Numbered from the stretch's first letter, positions 23,048-33,941 are shown. The stretch: 64,000 nt of DNA from an uncultured Gemmatimonadaceae bacterium (GCA_963781585.1 CAWAGQ010000011.1:224001-288000), one strand, 5' to 3'. Notes: generated by a model not told the origin, from the sequence alone. Translations and numbers: made by a program.

Positions 23048-23908
23048 ATGCTACGCGACGACACAATTCTGCTCCGGGACGGACGGACGCTGGCGTACTC
23101 CGCGTGGGGTGATCCACGCGGGCAACCCGTTCTACGGATGCATGGAACGCCGGGATCGCGATTTGGCAGGAATCCGGATGCCGGACTCTATGCGCGTGTC
23201 CCCGTGCACGTGGTGACATTCGATCGCCCGGGCTACGGCGGGTCATCGACACATCGCGACCGCACGATCGTGTCCGTTGCCGAGGACGCGCTGGAACTCG
23301 TTGACGCGCTCGGGTGGGCGAAGTTCAGCGTGTTGGGCGGCAGCGGCGGAGTCCCTCACGCGCTCGCGCTGGCCCGGCGCGCTCCCGAGCGGATTATCAG
23401 CCTTGGTCTGGTTGGCGGCACGGCGCCCAAGGAGTTCATCGATGACGCGGATCTGATGGAATTGAATCGGGAGGGATGGCGGCGGGCGCGACAAGGTCGG
23501 ATGAGTCTCGAAGCATTCATGGCGGAGCCGGCGAAACAAATCATGGCGGACCCGGTCGGAATGATCGCGGCGTCGATGAGGGACGCCTCGGCCATTGATC
23601 GCCGCATGCTCGAGCGACCCGAGGTCCAGGCCGCGCTGGTCGAGCAGCTTCGCGAGGGATTCCGGCAGGGACCAACAGGATGGTTCGACGACGCATGGGT
23701 GCTCATGCAGCCGTGGGGATTCGACCTCGACGAGGTACGCGTACCGGTCTGGATGTGGCACGGCGAGCTGGACCGCAATTGTTCAGTGTCATCCGGTCGC
23801 AGGATGGCGGAGCACCTTCGCGTTCAGTCGTTCACGGTATTTCCCGGGCAGGGCCATCTCTGCATGATCACTGAGGAGGAAACCATGCTGAGAACGTTGG
23901 TCGCGTAG
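23048..23908 (+). CDS. Alpha/beta-fold hydrolase
   Basis: HGTPGS, DRPGYG, GGSGG nucleophile elbow, HGELD, GQGH. Confidence 0.9.
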   Translation: MLRDDTILLRDGRTLAYSAWGDPRGQPVLRMHGTPGSRFGRNPDAGLYARVPVHVVTFDRPGYGGSSTHRDRTIVSVAEDALELVDALGWAKFSVLGGSGGVPHALALARRAPERIISLGLVGGTAPKEFIDDADLMELNREGWRRARQGRMSLEAFMAEPAKQIMADPVGMIAASMRDASAIDRRMLERPEVQAALVEQLREGFRQGPTGWFDDAWVLMQPWGFDLDEVRVPVWMWHGELDRNCSVSSGRRMAEHLRVQSFTVFPGQGHLCMITEEETMLRTLVA

Positions 23909-23954
23909 CCGATCGTGACTGGGTCAGGGGAGATTCAGGGGGCACGGACGAATC

Positions 23955-24200
23955 GTGCCTTCTTCTTCTCACGGTAGGTTCAGTGTGCAGCACGACAGAG
24001 CGCATCGGCGCGGTACGGCGCGCCTGACGGCACCGAGCAAGCTTCTTCGAGCGGGAGTGACGGCCGGCTGTTGCGCAGCGTCGTTGGTGTTGTCGTCGCC
24101 GCTTACGCTCGCCGCCCAGGAGACTCGGCCTCATGCCCGCCCGGACTCCACCGCTCCGGCCGACTCGATCTGGCGTGGCCGCCTGATCGGGATCCCGCGT
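23955..24200 (+). pseudogene. 5' scrap of a secreted carboxypeptidase-regulatory-like protein
   Basis: Signal peptide ..LAAQ followed by WRGRLIGI, similar to LGRVIGVFD in 25530..26369. It breaks off at the TA module. Confidence 0.35.
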
Positions 24201-24207
24201 CCCTCCG

Positions 24208-24570
24208 TCAGGGAGCAGTCGTCCTCGCCGACCGGACACGCACGCGCGTCCGCTCCACCGTCACGAGCGCGCCCGCCTCCAACTCAGCGCCGTACTGTGC
24301 CAGCGCGCTCACACAAATGGCACCCTGCTCCTGGGCCCGGAAACCGACAATCCGCACGATTCCGGTATGGGGGATACCGCGGACGATCGTCAGTTCGCCG
24401 AAATCCTTGTCGAGGGTCAGGACGACTGCCGACTCACGCACGGCGTGTGCAAGAACCTCTTCGTCGCCCGGGTCAGCCGGCCAGTCTCCCACGCAGTCGA
24501 CTTCGTGACCAGCGCCAACGAGTACTTCCCGCGCACCGGACCACATGCAACTGTCGAGCAGGAGCCTCAC
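24208..24570 (-). CDS. DUF5615 PIN-like toxin
   Basis: MRLLLDSC..D..VLTLDKDFGEL. Confidence 0.85.
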   Translation of the reverse strand: MRLLLDSCMWSGAREVLVGAGHEVDCVGDWPADPGDEEVLAHAVRESAVVLTLDKDFGELTIVRGIPHTGIVRIVGFRAQEQGAICVSALAQYGAELEAGALVTVERTRVRVRSARTTAP

Positions 24571-24827
24571 GCCGCGGAATCGATGAGCGGCGGTTCCACC
24601 CGTTCGTGGGCGACCAGGCGGTGCGCGTAGCTCAGGCAGGCACGGATGTCATCCTGCTCCAGCCAGGCATAGCCGGCAAGAATCGTCTCCGGTGTGTCAC
24701 CCGCTGCCAGCATGCCGAGGACGTGCTCAACAGCCAAGCGGCGGCCCCGAATGATCGGCTTGCCACCAAAGATCCTCGGATTGACGGTGATCCGGAGAAG
24801 AAGCCCGTCTTCGTCTTGATCGGTCAC
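24567..24827 (-). CDS. DUF433 antitoxin
   Basis: ITVNPRIFGGKPIIRGRRL..DIRACLSYA; 4-nt overlap with the toxin gene. Confidence 0.88.
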   Translation of the reverse strand: MTDQDEDGLLLRITVNPRIFGGKPIIRGRRLAVEHVLGMLAAGDTPETILAGYAWLEQDDIRACLSYAHRLVAHERVEPPLIDSAA

Positions 24828-24953
24828 TGCTGTCCTCCCTGGCGCGTGATCCAGCCGCCCCTCTCGGGAAAGGTCGATGGTCGGGCGATTGGTTGCAAGC
24901 CCGGACGCGCGCCGCCGATAACCGCACCGACGGCCGTGTCGCTCAGGGCGCCC

Positions 24954-25487
24954 TCACGGCTTCAGCGGCGGCGCCGGCGGCACATCGTCCCAGTTGATGA
25001 TCGCGTTGAACACCATGTTGAACTCTCCATGGTTCTGCCACCGGTAAATCGGATGGTTCGCGAACAGCAGCACGCGCCCCTTCCCGTTATGCGCCTGCGG
25101 CACGTCGACCACAAACGCCCGCCCCTTGATGTTGTCGGGTTCGCCTTTCCTGCCGGCGTATCCGACGTACTTGCCGTGTTCGTCGTAATGCCGGACTGTC
25201 AGCGAGCCGTCATTCGCCACCGCCAGTCGCCCGTCAGTGAGCCGTACGACGCCGTTTACCCGCAGCAACTCATAGAGCGAGTCGCCGACCAGGCCAGGAT
25301 CCAGCGCACTACCGATTTGCAGGATTGGCGTTGGCGACAGTCGCCAGGCGCGAGCACCGCTCATGGCCGGCTGCGCATTCTCGACAACGCGAACCCCAGC
25401 GCTGTCTCGCGAGGTTTGCGCCAGGGTCCCGGGCGAGACGATCAAGAATCCGCCCAGTATCAGGGCACAGAGTCTGACGCCGTGCAT
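24954..25487 (-). pseudogene. In-frame chimera: 5' part of a beta-propeller gene fused to a duplicated M14 peptidase 3' end
   Basis: RDSAGVRVVEN..GRKGE is followed by DNIKGRAF..PPLKP. 24954-25138 matches 27993-28177 with 6 mismatches. Confidence 0.85.
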
Positions 25488-25529
25488 CTCAACGACCCGT
25501 TTGTCATGGTGGCTTGCGACCTCCGAGCA

Positions 25530-26369
25530 CTACCGCGTCCAGACCAGCGTCGCGCCACACAACCGGCCCCGACGCGTTGGATTGTATTGAGCGGGAACCT
25601 CCGAGACCCGGTACATCTCTACCGCTAGGACCTCCCTGGGAAGGAAGAGCACGTCCAGTCCGTTCCGATACGGCTGCGACACCTCCGCGCGCTTCTGCGA
25701 CTGTCCCGGAAAGGGCGCCAGGAGGTCCGGGACATCGACCTTGATGCCGTTGATGTACAGATTGGTGGTGCACACTTCCCGGCCGGTGAGCGTAATCAGG
25801 TCCTTCAACAGAGAGAGCTTCTCGATCCTCTCGCTCGTCACGAATGCGCGCGCCGGCGCACCGGTCGTCATCTGCCGTTCATAAAAACCGTTCAGCTGCA
25901 GCGCACGAATGGTATCGCCCGGGTGTCGAGGTGTGGTTGCACGCGTGAGAACCGTGGGTAGCGTCTGGGTCTGGCGCTTGAGCAGTATGGTGATTGGAAC
26001 GGTGTCCCGACTGGAATTGGCCGCGTAGAACATCTGGGGGGCGTACCCGATCTTCCGGACCTGGATCAGCGAACCGAGCGTATCCACGAACGACAAGGCG
26101 ATCAGCCCGGCCCTGTTGGTTGTCGCCGATCTCCTGGTACGCATGTCGGTCACCTGCGCCTCATCGACGGGTTCACCGCTCTCGAAGTCGAAGACGCCGA
26201 TGACGCGACCGAGACGTGGTTGCTGCGGCGGCACCGCGAGGAGACTGCTCTGCGCGAAAGCGGGAAATGGAGCGAGGGCGTGTGCCAGACCGCACGCGAC
26301 AAGAAGCACTACAGGCACCACCGAGCGAACGGTTCGCATCGATCCCGGAGGCGTCAGTTCTTCAGCCAT
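25530..26369 (-). CDS. Secreted carboxypeptidase-regulatory-like protein with C-terminal plug-like domain
   Basis: Signal peptide; GVFDFESGEPV, VRKIGY, GFYER, LYINGI, VLAVEMY..CGATLVWTR. Confidence 0.75.
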   Translation of the reverse strand: MAEELTPPGSMRTVRSVVPVVLLVACGLAHALAPFPAFAQSSLLAVPPQQPRLGRVIGVFDFESGEPVDEAQVTDMRTRRSATTNRAGLIALSFVDTLGSLIQVRKIGYAPQMFYAANSSRDTVPITILLKRQTQTLPTVLTRATTPRHPGDTIRALQLNGFYERQMTTGAPARAFVTSERIEKLSLLKDLITLTGREVCTTNLYINGIKVDVPDLLAPFPGQSQKRAEVSQPYRNGLDVLFLPREVLAVEMYRVSEVPAQYNPTRRGRLCGATLVWTR

Positions 26370-26950
26370 ACCACGACGGAGCCGATCATGAGTCGCGGAT
26401 TGACCTCCCGGATCGGCGGGGCGATGTTGTGCGCCGTCTGCGCCTGCGCGTCACGACGGGGTTGCGGCAGCTCGTCGGTGGGCGACGCGTTCGCCCGGAA
26501 CTGTCCGCAGGGCGGCTGGCCCGAGACTGGGCGAACGTCGCCCCGTCTGTTCTTCAGGCTGCGATCCTGCGGCGTGTTCAAGCCATAGATCTCGATTACC
26601 ACCATATCATCCACGCTGATCGCGTCGAGCGACCACCCGTGCGGCATCTCGTGTCCATTTACCCAGATGCAGGGATACGCCTTATCCATGGGGTTGCTGA
26701 GCGCCGCCGGATGGAACCGCAGGTCCTTGATGATCAGGGAGCGCGCGTGAAGCATCGTCGTCAGGATGCTGGCCCTTGGATTCGACCCCAGTTCACTCGG
26801 TGGCACCAGGACGCTGGCGTAGCCGTCGGCGTGCACTCGCGAATCGAAGTCCTCCCACAATTTGTCCTGACGATGCGACTGGTGCGCTGAGCGCTCGAGC
26901 CGAGTGCGCAGATATTGCGGGAGCTTCTCGTACTGGTCGCTCCGAAGCAA
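26354..26950 (-). pseudogene. 3' fragment of a carboxypeptidase-regulatory/plug-like paralog
   Basis: DFDSR, VLVPPSEL, CIWVNG, VVIEIYG, CG, VVVWLKN; N-terminal domains missing. Confidence 0.65.
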
Positions 26951-27204
26951 CGACACTACCGCCGGCAATGCTCGCGCCACCGCTGCCTCCGTGACCAGCA
27001 TTCGCCGCGGCTACCTCACCCACCGTCCCGCGACGGTTTCATGACCTCAGGCCTGGAATCAGAGAAGTTGGGCGCTTCGTGAATACGCGTCAACGCGCCA
27101 TCGCGGAACCGTTGGTGGCCTTCCTCACCCCCGGGGTAGACGACGGTCCCGGGCGAAAGGCGTTGGCGGGGTGCAGGCGCCTTCCACCCAGGCCTTGCCC
27201 GTTA

Positions 27205-27236
27205 ATGCCATAGATAGCATATTCCCTCTATGGCAT
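27205..27236. promoter_or_regulatory. Candidate TA autorepression operator
   Basis: Perfect 10-bp inverted repeat ATGCCATAGA / TCTATGGCAT overlapping the toxin ATG. Confidence 0.6.
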
Positions 27237-27589
27237 GGGAGGTGGAATACACGAACGAGTTCGGGTTGTGGTGGACCATCCTTACGGCCGACGAACAAGA
27301 ATCGGTCAGCGCGGCAGTTGGACTGATCGAGTCGCTCGGCCCCCATATCCCGTTCCCATACGGCTCGGGGGTGGAAGGGTCTCGCCATGGACGAATGCGG
27401 GAGTTGCGAGTGCAGGATGAGGGGCGGCCCTACCGTGTGTTCCATGCATTTGATCCACGCCGCATGGCGATTCTGCTGATCGGTGGTGACAAGACCGGTG
27501 ACAAACTGTTCCATGAACGTATGGTGCCGATGGCTGACCGGCTGTACGACGAACACCTGGAGACTCTGCGAGGAGAGGGACCACTCTAA
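27230..27589 (+). CDS. RelE/HigB-like (Gp49-type) toxin
   Basis: WEVEYT..GSRHGRMRELR..AFDPRR.AILLIGGDK. Confidence 0.88.
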   Translation: MAWEVEYTNEFGLWWTILTADEQESVSAAVGLIESLGPHIPFPYGSGVEGSRHGRMRELRVQDEGRPYRVFHAFDPRRMAILLIGGDKTGDKLFHERMVPMADRLYDEHLETLRGEGPL

Positions 27590-27912
27590 TGGCAAACAAG
27601 TTCGGCGACTTGCGGAAGAAGATGGCGCCTGACCATCAGGCGCGCGCCGGGGCACGGACCAAAGCCATGCTGGACGGGATGGCATTGGCTGAACTCCGCC
27701 GCGCCCGTGAGCAGTCGCAGGAATCGCTGGCTGCGGCGATGAAGGTATCGCAGCCCGAAATCTCGAAGCTCGAGAAACGTGCAGACACCTACATCAGCAC
27801 GCTGCGCAAGTACATCGAAGCGTTAGGCGGATCGCTGGAGATTGTGGCGCATTTCCGGGAGGGCGACGTGCGGATTACGCAGTTTGGTGAGCTCGAGGAC
27901 GCGCACGCCTGA
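27589..27912 (+). CDS. XRE/HigA-like HTH antitoxin
   Basis: LAELRRA..SQPEISKLEKRAD..STLRKYIEALGG; TAATG overlap with the toxin gene. Confidence 0.88.
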   Translation: MANKFGDLRKKMAPDHQARAGARTKAMLDGMALAELRRAREQSQESLAAAMKVSQPEISKLEKRADTYISTLRKYIEALGGSLEIVAHFREGDVRITQFGELEDAHA

Positions 27913-27992
27913 CGGAACGGACGGCATCCATGGCAGAGTTTTTCAGCAGGCTGCTGCTCGTGCCACTCCAGACTGACTCCCCACAGTTTCAT

Positions 27993-30900
27993 TCACGGCT
28001 TCATCGGCGGCGCCGGCGGCACATCGTCCCAGTTGATGATCGCGTTGAACACCATGTTGAACTCCCCATGGTTCTGCCACCGGTAAATCGGATTGTTCGC
28101 GAACAGCAGCACGCGCCCCTTCCCGTTGTGCGCCTGCGGCACGTCGACCGCGAACGCCCGCCCCTTGATGTTGTCGGCGCCCACCATCAGCCCGCTCAGC
28201 ACCGACGCATCGCCGCCCACGTACTCGGCCAGCACGTTGGCCTGATCGGCCACCCCCACCCGGAAGACCTGCGACCCCTGCCCGTACTTGATCGGGAAGA
28301 TCTTGCTGGCATATCCATAGAACACCGGGTGCTCGGGACGCGTGATCTCCGCCTGGATGAGCGGCTTCTGCGCGTTCACCCCCTGCGGTGACTCGAGATC
28401 GATCGACCGGGCGAGGCCGAAGTCGATGGGATAGCGCACCGCCTGCAGCGTGGTGATGAGCGTGCCGCCGGCGTCGAGGAACTTGCTCGATCGCCTTCAC
28501 CCCGGCCTCACCGAACCCGCCGCTCATGTCGTCGGTGGATCCGTACATGCCGAGGAACTGGTACTTGTCGCTGTGCTGATAGGGCTGCGGCCGCGCGGCC
28601 GGCGACGCGAGCACCGCGGCGCGGTTGATGTTCTGCGCCGCCATCACGATCACGTCGTAGTCCTTCTCCAGATTCCCCTGGGCGACGCGTTCCTTGAAGA
28701 TCAGATCGTACGGGATGCCGAACTTGTCGAACGTGAACCGGTACCACCCCAGCTCCTGCGTCCCGCTCCACTGCGAGTAGATCGCCACCCTCGGCACGTC
28801 GGCATTGTGCGAGGGCACCGCCGGCACGGTCGACAGCGCCGCCGCGGTCAGGCCTAACGACTCGGCCGCCGAGCGCGCCGTCTGGAGATCGGCCGCGGAG
28901 CCGGTCACGATGAACGACCCGGCGCGGAAACGTGTCGTTCGCGGCCACGAACTGCTGCTCCGCAACCTGCATCGGGACGTTCTTCAGCCGGTAGCGGAAC
29001 GTGATCATGTTGTTCGACCCGTAGTGCGCCACCGCGAGACCGGCCGTACCGGATCCCGCCACCGTCCCGTGCACGACCACCGTGTCCACCGGCGTCACCT
29101 TCGCGTCGAGCACCGCCTTGTCGTCGATCTGCTTGACGTCGACGTTGAACGCGTACCCCATCGACCAGCCGCTGTCGTCGTACGTGGAGAGGTTGGGGTC
29201 GGGATAGTCCTGGCGCTCGAGGAAGTTCTTCGCGAGCCGGCCATACGGCTGGTTCAGCTTGATGACATACGACCCCGCCGGATAGGCGACGCTGTCGAGC
29301 GTGACCGGCCCGGTGAGTCGCCCGATCTCGATCCCCTGCGCGCGCAGGATGTTGAGCAGCGTCGCGACCCTGGTCATGTCGCGCTGCACGGGGAAGACGT
29401 AGCCGTAGGGCGCCCTGGTCTTGCCGTCGTTGATCGAGTTGCGGGTCTTCACGTAGAAGTTCTCGACCACCAGGTTCGGGAACATCGACGTGAGCTGGAG
29501 CGCCGAGAGCACTCCGGTCTCCATGTAGTTGGTATTGTTGCGGCGCGAGAAGGTCTGCACCGCGTTAGGCGGAATCGGGATGCCGCGATACCACTCGCGC
29601 GGCTGGCCGCCGCCGCGCCCCGTGGGGGCGCCGCCCCTTCCGCCGAACCCGCCACGCCCTCCGCCAGCGCCTCCACGTCCGAATGGCGTCTCGGCGGTCC
29701 CGCCCGCGGTGGAATCCGCGACGGCACCCCGGCCGCCGCGTCCGCCCCCGCCCCCGCCCCCGGCCCCGCCCCCGCCGGCTCTGCCTCCACGACCACCACG
29801 ACCGCCACCAGCCCGGCCGCCACCGCCCGCCGCTGTCGTGTCAGTCGCGCCGCGGCCACCCCGGCCACCCCGGCCACCCCCCGCACCGCGACCGCCGCTC
29901 GCGACCGTGGTGCCGCCCTCGGGCGCGTCAACGCCCGACTGCGTCTCGTACATCTTCATCATGCCGTTATGATTGTATGCCACCGAGCCGAGGTAGCCGG
30001 GCGACCAGCCGTCCATGAACGCGTGGGTGTACACGCCCGGCATCCCCCACTTGGTCATCTGCGCCAGCTCCCAGTTGGAAAAGAACGGTAGCTCGGCGAA
30101 GAGCAGCGGATCGAGATTGGGATTCTGCGGAGGCCCGCCGCTGTACGTGTACATCAGGGCCTGCGCCTCGTGCAGGTCGTGCATGATCGGCGGATGCGCC
30201 GTGAAGTACCAGTCGGTGATCGCGCGCATCGACATCTGCGAGAGGTTGATGTCGCGATTGTTGTCGTGATAGACGTACTTGCCCCAGTAGGGAAGTCCGC
30301 CGATCAGCCCGCCGCGACCACCGCCTCGTCCGCCTGCGCCAGCTCCACCGGCCCCGCGGCCACCACGTCCCGCGGCGGTGGTGTCGCGTCCCGCGGCCGC
30401 GGTATCGCGTCCCGCGGCGGTGGTGTCGCGTCCCGCGGCAGTGGTGTCGCGTCCCGCGGCGCTGTCGCGCGCCACCTGTGCCGCGACCTCGAGGCCGCGA
30501 TAGAACCAGTCCACATTACGGTCGCGCCCGTCAGGCTCGGCGGCCGGCGTGACCGAGACGTAGACGTTGTCGCGGATCTGGGTGATGAGGGGTGACGTCT
30601 CCGTCGCGAGCCGGTAGACCAGCTCCATCAGCATCTCCGACGGCCCCGTCTCGCCGCTGTGCAATCCACCGATGAGGTGATAGTGCGGCTTGGTGGTGGC
30701 GATCAGCTCGCGAATCTGCGCGTCGGAAAGCCCGCGCGGGTCGGCGATCTTCGCGAGGTTGGCGCGATTGTGGGCGAGATTCCGGATGTTCTCTTCCGAC
30801 GAGACCCAGACGACGACGAGCTCGCGTCCCTCATCGGAGCGGCCAATGGTCTCGACCTTGACGCGCGGCGTCGCCTTCTCGAGGGCGCGGTAGTACTTCA

Positions 30901-31198
30901 GGATGTCGGCGTAGTAGGTGAGCTTGCGCGGCGCGCCGATGTAGTAGCCGAGGATGTCCTTCGGCGTGGGGATGCCGGCGACCTTCGGGAGATGGTCCAC
31001 CAGCGGGCTGCCGTATCGCGGCTCGGTGGTCCACGCGGCGTAGTCCTTTGCGAACTGCGCGTCCTGCGTCTGCTTCGGATCGCGCGTCTCGGTCACCATC
31101 TGCTGCGCGGGGAGCGCAGAGGCGGCGGCGAGGAAGAAGAGCGAGGCGCCGTGTACGAGCTTCACCGAGCGGCGTGGGATCATTCGTCCGACATTCAT
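27993..31198 (-). CDS. M14-family zinc carboxypeptidase with Gly/Arg-rich inserts; two apparent +1 indels at about 28925 and 28490
   Basis: HSGE, DGRDR, DNNRD, HDLHE motifs; three consecutive ORFs are collinear with the family architecture. Confidence 0.85.
30366..30467. repeat. 21-bp coding tandem repeat (4 units plus 1 partial) encoding RDTTAAG
   Basis: CGTCCCGCGGCGGTGGTGTCG-type units at 30366, 30387, 30408, 30429 and 30450. Confidence 0.9.
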
Positions 31199-31505
31199 TG
31201 AATGTGACTCCTTCGATGTGTCGCGCAGGGGGCGGAGAATGGGCGCGCGGAGCGCAGACGGAACTCACTCCCCCGGTCGGTGAAGCCCGGCGTTGCGGGG
31301 CTTCGACCGACGGACTGGTCCGTCCGCCGCTCGTTAGCTTACTCGGCGGTGCAGCGAGCGGCCAGACGGAATGGGCTATGGGGATTTCCGTCGGGATTGC
31401 GCCGGCACATGACGACAGAACTCAGGCTCGCCGGGTAGCCTCGACGGGACCAAAAGCCCACGCGCCGCATCCGCGTGTGGGCCAGGATCGAGTATTTTCG
31501 GCGCG

Positions 31506-33941
31506 CTACTCGGATCTGATCGCGATGACCGGATCAATCGCCGCGGCGCGCCGCGCGGGGATCCAGCTGGCCGCGAGCGCCGCGGCCGCAAGGAGCCCGG
31601 CGGCGGCGCCGAACGCCACGATGTCGGTCGCCGGAATGCCGTAGAGCAGACTGGCCAGCAAACGCGTGATGGCGATCGCGCCAGCCGCTCCAACGGCAAC
31701 ACCGATGCCCGCGAGCACGGCGCCCTGACGAAGGACGAGGCCCAGCACCTGGCCGCGCTGGGCACCGAGGGCGACGCGCACGCCGATCTCGCGTGTGCGT
31801 TGCGCCACGCTGAACGCCACGACGCCATAGATCCCGAGCAGCGCGAGCAGCAGTGCGACCGAGCCGAGTGTGGCGGCGACCCAGAGTGCGATGCGCTGCG
31901 GGAAGAGCGACGTCGCGATCTGGTCCTCCATGGTGCGCTGATCGAGGATCGGGAGCGCGGGATCGAGCTCGCCCACCAGGCGCTTGATCGCTCCGGCGAT
32001 CGGTACGCTGCCGGCGGTGCGCACGACGAGGTTGAGACGCGGCATGTAGCGCTGCGCGAGCGGGACGTAGACGAAATTCCGGGGCGGCTCTGCCAGCGTG
32101 CGATATTTCCCGTCGCGCGCGATGCCGATCACCGTGACGGTCCGGTCCTCGTTCCTGAACGTGCGACCCACGGGGTCGTCACTACCATATAGATGGCGCG
32201 CGAAGGTCTCGTTGAGAATGGCGACGTCGGTGGCGCCCTGCCGGTCGGCGTCGCTGAAATCGCGGCCGCGCAGCAGCGGGATCCGCATGGTCGCGAAGTA
32301 GCCGGGGGTGATGATGTCCCAGTCGGGGTTCCAGCCGCGCCGTTCGTCAGGCGGCTGGCGTCCTTCCACGTCCACTCCGCCGAGTCCCATTCCGCCCCCG
32401 CCGAGTGGGAGCATGGCCGTCCAGGCGGCCGCGGTCACCTGGGGCAGCTGGCGGGTGCGTGCGAGAATCTCGCCAGACCTGAGGAGACCCCAGGTCGGGT
32501 CGTAATTCGCGAGCTGGAGGTTGAGCGAGGCGACGTCGACGCCGCGCGGATCGAAGCCGGGATCGATGCTGCGCGCGTGGGTGAGGGCGCGCGCGAAGAG
32601 TCCGGCCACGATGAGGAGCAGCATGGAGAAGGCGATCTGCGCCACGAGCAATCCGCCGCGCAGTCGCTGGCGTCTGGTGGTGCCCGCGTCGAGCTTGAGT
32701 GCCGGCACGAGGTCCGGCCTGGTGCTCTGGAGCGCCGGCACCGCGCCCACGATCAGGCCGGTGACGAGCGAGGCGCCGAGCGCGAAGAGGAAGACGCGCC
32801 AATCGAGGCGCGGGTCGAAGTAGAGCTGTACCGGAAGGCGCGGCACCAGGGTCATGAGCGCGCTGATGAGCCAGCGCGCGAGGACGATGCCGATTGCGCC
32901 GGCGGCCACGAAGAGCACGAGGCTCTCGGTCACCAGTTGGCGCACCAGTCGCCGGCGCGTGGCGCCAATGGCGAGTCGGACCGCGATCTCGCGCTGCCGC
33001 CCCGCGGCGCGTGCCAGGAGCATCCCGGCGACGTTGGTGCTGGCGATGAGCAGCACCAGCCCGGCGACGGCGAACAGGACGGCGAGGAATCCCCCCACCG
33101 CGCCGCGCATGTCGCCGGGGAAGAGGCTGGCCGGCATGACGCGCACGCCCTGTCCGGCATTCACCTGGGGATAGTCCTGCAGCAGGCGCGCGGCGATGGT
33201 GGAGAGGTCGGCCTGCGCGGCACCGAGCGAAACGTCAGGCGCCAGTCGGCCGACGGCCATGAGCCAGACGTTCTGACGACCGGTGAAGCGCGACTCGTCG
33301 ACGTGGAAGAGGAGGGTGACGGAGTGCAGCGGCACCCACAGGTCGGGCGCGATCACGAACGGCCCCTGGAACCGCTCGGCGGCAACTCCGACGACCGTGA
33401 ACGGGCTTCCGTTGAGGACGATGGCACTTCCCACGATTGAGGAATCGCTGCCGAATCGCTGGCGCCAGAATCGGTGGCTGAGCACGGCGACCGTATTGGT
33501 CGCGGACGGGCCGTCTTCGGAGGGGAGAAAGAAGCGGCCGTAGGCCGATCGTGCCTCGAGGACCTGGAAGAAGCTGCCCGAGACCAGGCCGGCCTGGACC
33601 GCTTCGCCGCCGGAGGGTCCGGCGAGGCTCAGCGGCTGCGGTTGGATCTGGATCGCGGCGAGGCCGGACAGGGTCTTCGTATTGGCGGCGTAGTCGGCGT
33701 AGTTGGGATACGAGAAGTTGTCGAAGCCCGAGCCGTCCTGGGTGCGGCCAACGGTCACGACGCGATCGGCGTGGCCGATACCGGGAGGCGCCTGAAGCAG
33801 CATCGTGTTCGCGAGGGTGACGATGGCTGTGGTGGCGCCGACGCCTATTCCTATGGAAAGGACGACGATCGCAGTGAAGACGGGGCTGCGGTGGACGGCA
33901 CGCAGGGCGGTTCGCACGTCGTGACGGGTGTCGTCAAGCAT
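31506..33941 (-). CDS. ADOP-family duplicated ABC permease
   Basis: DVRTALR..PVF, LIASTNVAGMLLAR, QRTREIGVRVALGA; no prefix domain. Confidence 0.92.
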   Translation of the reverse strand: MLDDTRHDVRTALRAVHRSPVFTAIVVLSIGIGVGATTAIVTLANTMLLQAPPGIGHADRVVTVGRTQDGSGFDNFSYPNYADYAANTKTLSGLAAIQIQPQPLSLAGPSGGEAVQAGLVSGSFFQVLEARSAYGRFFLPSEDGPSATNTVAVLSHRFWRQRFGSDSSIVGSAIVLNGSPFTVVGVAAERFQGPFVIAPDLWVPLHSVTLLFHVDESRFTGRQNVWLMAVGRLAPDVSLGAAQADLSTIAARLLQDYPQVNAGQGVRVMPASLFPGDMRGAVGGFLAVLFAVAGLVLLIASTNVAGMLLARAAGRQREIAVRLAIGATRRRLVRQLVTESLVLFVAAGAIGIVLARWLISALMTLVPRLPVQLYFDPRLDWRVFLFALGASLVTGLIVGAVPALQSTRPDLVPALKLDAGTTRRQRLRGGLLVAQIAFSMLLLIVAGLFARALTHARSIDPGFDPRGVDVASLNLQLANYDPTWGLLRSGEILARTRQLPQVTAAAWTAMLPLGGGGMGLGGVDVEGRQPPDERRGWNPDWDIITPGYFATMRIPLLRGRDFSDADRQGATDVAILNETFARHLYGSDDPVGRTFRNEDRTVTVIGIARDGKYRTLAEPPRNFVYVPLAQRYMPRLNLVVRTAGSVPIAGAIKRLVGELDPALPILDQRTMEDQIATSLFPQRIALWVAATLGSVALLLALLGIYGVVAFSVAQRTREIGVRVALGAQRGQVLGLVLRQGAVLAGIGVAVGAAGAIAITRLLASLLYGIPATDIVAFGAAAGLLAAAALAASWIPARRAAAIDPVIAIRSE

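Noticed and set aside
30366..30467. CRISPR array
   Set aside because: Contiguous in-frame 21-bp units with no spacers and no cas genes.
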